Source of the DNA: Malacoraja senta
Lineage: Eukaryota
NCBI GenBank assembly: GCA_038087875.1
Contig: CM075995.1
Coordinates: 4,032,001-4,096,000, forward strand
DNA length: 64,000 nucleotides
Reading direction: 5' to 3'
Shown here: one piece after another, positions 60,973 through 64,000 of the stretch
Layout: each line of letters opens with the position of its first letter
Numbering within the stretch: position 1 is the first letter of the stretch
Notes under the pieces: generated by a model
Seen by the model: the letters and a program-made list of their open reading frames with translations, nothing else
The model's database searches: none
Told to the model about the DNA's origin: nothing
Made by a program: the position numbers and the translations under genes

Positions 60973-63914
60973 TTAAACAAAATCGCCATAGCGGTCAGGC
61001 GGTTTGACAAGACGTCCCGCCCGGGTTCGCGTCTCACCATCCACCCTTCCTGCAGGAGGAAGAGGCACCGGCGGGGACAGACGAACCTGAAAGGGGGAAA
61101 CGGGAGGAGACGGAGGAGACCGCGGCACCGAACCCGGAGGTGATGCGAGATCAGGACCGGGAAGAGCGCGGGCAGGCGAGCGAGGACTAGTCAGAGCGGG
61201 GTGGAACGGAAGGGGCTGAGGAGGAGCAGAACGTTGCATGTCAGGAAGGACGGGCAGAGCAACGCCCTGACGCGAAACAGGCAGTGGGGGAGCAAAGGGA
61301 TCCGCGGCAGGAGGACGCGGCTCGTTGACGAGCCGAAGGTGCTGGCGGGACCGTCGGTAAATGGCTCCAGCGTGGTCGACGAGATAGGACCTGGGCGACC
61401 CCGCAGAGCCGACGACGGTAGCGAGCTTGGAGTGACCGGGAGCGGTCTGCATACGGACAACTTGACCGGGGAAGAGGCGCGGCAGCGGGTGGCAGGACCT
61501 GTCATGGGAACGCTTTTGGACGTCGTGCCTGAAGGCAATGCGTTTCTGAACTGCCGCAGGTGGGAGGATGGAGGGTATGAGGGAGCGCTGGGCCACAGGG
61601 AGCGGGAGTCTGGTAGCGCGAGACATGAGCCGCTGAGCAGGTGAACCCATGGCAGAGTCGCGGGAAATGTTCCGAAGGTTGAGGAGGGCCAGATGGAAGT
61701 CGGAGTTAATGCCACCACACTGTTCCAACAGGTGCTTCGCGCTGCGGACTGCGCGCTCGGCCAAACCGTTGCTTTGCGGGTACTCCGGGCTGCTGGTGAA
61801 ATGGCGGAAGTTCCATCTGGAAGCGAACGCTTTAAACTCGGAGCTCGTGAACTGGCTGCCATTGTCCGATTGCAGGCTTGCCGGGGGGCCAAAAGTGCCA
61901 AAATGAGGGTACAACCTATCGATGATGGCCGAAGAGGTTATGGAATGCAGCCGGTCGACCACAAACCAGCTGGAGTAGGAGTCAACGAGAACCAGGAAGT
62001 GTTTGCCCCGCCACTCGAAAATGTCGGCGGCAAGCGCCATCCAGGGCAGTTCGGGCGCGGGCTGCTGCAGAAGCGGCTGACGCTGCTGGTGGGGGGCGAG
62101 GCTGTTGCAGGTGGAACACGAGGAGACCCTCTCCCGGATGTATTTGGCCATATCCGGCCAATAGAACTGGCTCCTGGCGAGAGACACGGTGGCTTCGGCC
62201 CCAGGATGACCGCGGTGAGCGACTTGAAAATAGTGGTCGTGCAGCGCCGCGGGCACGACCACCTTGTGACCCTTCACCACCACGCCGTCATGCAGTACGA
62301 GCTCGTCACGGACCAGGAAGTAGGGCACGGCACCAACCGGCAGTGCCGAACGACGGTCAGGCCAGCCCTGCCGGATGACGGCAGACAGCTGTTGCAGGGC
62401 AGGGTCATTGGTAGTGTGTTCAACCAGGGACTTCATCTGCTGTGAGGGGACGATGTTCAATTGTAGCACCAATAGCTCAGACATTTCATATTGGTGGCGA
62501 GCGGTGGACGTTAGCGGGGCGCGAGACAACGTGTCGGCCACGAACATGTCCTTGCCCTTACGATAAACCACCGTGAACGTGAAGCGCTGGAGCTGCAGCA
62601 TCATGCGCTGCAGGCGTGATGAGGCCACATGGATCGACTTGTTGAGGATGGTGACAAGTGGCTGATGGTCAGTCTCAACGGTGAAAGTGTTGCCCACGAT
62701 GTAGTCCCGGAATTTGGAGCAGGCAAACACCACGGCCAGTAGCTCCTTCTCGATCTGCGCGTAGTGCTGTTCGGTGGCGGTCATGGTGCGGGACGCGAAG
62801 GAGACAGGCAGCTGCAGGCCGTCATGGACCTGGAGACAGGCGGCACCGAGTCCGAACTGAGAGGCGTCGCAGGTGAGGACAATGGGACGCTGCAGGTCAA
62901 AGAACTTGAGCGTGGGGGTGCTGATCAGCTTAGACTTAAGAATGTCGAATGCCTTCTGATGGTTGGGTAACCAAAGCCAGGACGTGTCCTTTTTTTTACC
63001 AGATCCCTCAGGGAAGCGCTGAGCTCGCTGAGGTCGGGGATGAACTTCCCCAGGTAGTTTACCAAGCCTAGGAAGCGTTGCAGGCCTGCCACATTGGTAG
63101 GAGGGGGCATCCCTGAAATGGCAGCCGTTTTCTGCGGGTCTGGCTTTAACCCCTCAGCGGTGAATACATGTCCAACATAGGTGACCTCCGGGACGCGGAA
63201 TCGGCACTTCTTGGGGTTCAGTTTCAAGTTGATTTGCCGGGCCCGGTCCAGGACCTGGCGGAGGTTGACATCGTGTTCGGCAACGTCCTTACCGTAAACG
63301 AGGATGTCGTCAACAATTATGGCGCAAGGTAGACCTAAAAACAACTGCTCCATTGTCCACTGAAATACCTCGCTGGCAGAGTTGATTCCGAATGGCATTC
63401 GGAGGAACCGAAACCTTCCATAGGGGGTGGCGAAAGTTGTCAAAATGGACGACCGCTCGTCCAGTGGTATCTGCCAGAAGGAGCTTTTGGCATCGAGGAC
63501 AGAAAAAACCGTTGCTGGACCAACCTGTGCAGCGACTTCTTCCACCGTTCTCATAGGGTAGTGACGGCGTCTAATGGCCAGGTTGAGGTCTTTGGGGTTG
63601 ATGCAGATGCGTATCTCGCTCATGTCCTTTTTAGCAGCAACAACCATGGAAGAGACCCAGCTGGTGGGCTCGACGACCGCCTTTAGGATGCCCATTTGTA
63701 CCATACTGTGTAGTGTCGCCTCCACTCTGTCCCTCATGGCGAAGGAGACACGGTGAGGAGCATGGACCACAGGAACGATCTTACGGTCCACTACAATCTT
63801 GTAGCTGCAGGGTAGTTTGCCTAGCTTATCATCAAAGCGGTCGGGATAATCGGCCAGCGGGTCCATAAGAGTCTGCACCTGGTGGATGTCACGGTGGAAG
63901 TACACCAGTCCCAT
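60973..63914 (-). pseudogene. pol: Gypsy pol (RT-RNase H-integrase) with a frameshift at the T-run near 62990
   Basis: VLDAKSSFWQIPL, RMPFGINSASEVFQ, IVDDILVYG; YAQIEKELLA..TDHQPL; HRGHPG..CSTC; SDNGSQF; PQSNGLAERAVR. Confidence 0.92.
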
Positions 63915-64000
63915 TTCCTGGCATGCCCGGATCCCCAGCAGGGGAATGCATTTTTGATCGAGGAGATAGAAGGTGAGGGGCCGAGAGGTCTCTAGTATCT

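Larger units (their letters stand above)
60700..64000 (-). mobile_element. Ty3/Gypsy LTR retrotransposon, 3' half (continues beyond the window)
   Basis: RT, RH and IN ORFs; PPT AAGAGGAAAGA at 60904-60914; 204-bp TG...CA LTR at 60700-60903 containing AATAAA. Confidence 0.9.

Overview
Repeat-dense vertebrate genomic DNA. The CR1/HER1-type LINEs, HE1-like V-SINEs and Penelope-like elements point to a cartilaginous fish (skate or ray). I found no host protein-coding exon that I can support. The main feature is a 10.7-kb endogenous retrovirus-like provirus on the minus strand (49544-60271). It has two 935-bp TG...CA LTRs, a 4-bp AAGG target-site duplication, a tRNA-Arg-like PBS and a coiled-coil-plus-zinc-knuckle gag. 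Its pol carries two RNase H domains (a degenerate Ty3/gypsy type followed by a retrovirus type), and its env resembles a paramyxo/pneumovirus F-type fusion protein. This combination matches the lokiretrovirus architecture. A CR1 fragment truncated at both ends replaces part of its pol. The window also holds a tandem pair of Tx1-clade non-LTR elements in GA-rich microsatellite (19.5-28.4 kb), a Penelope-like element and many short repeats carrying minimal hammerhead-ribozyme motifs, the 3' half of a Ty3/Gypsy element, two non-autonomous DNA transposons, Rex1/Babar and RTE fragments, and a 2.8-kb duplication flanking a 200-N gap that is probably an assembly artefact. All family assignments come from motif recognition by eye; no database searches were run.
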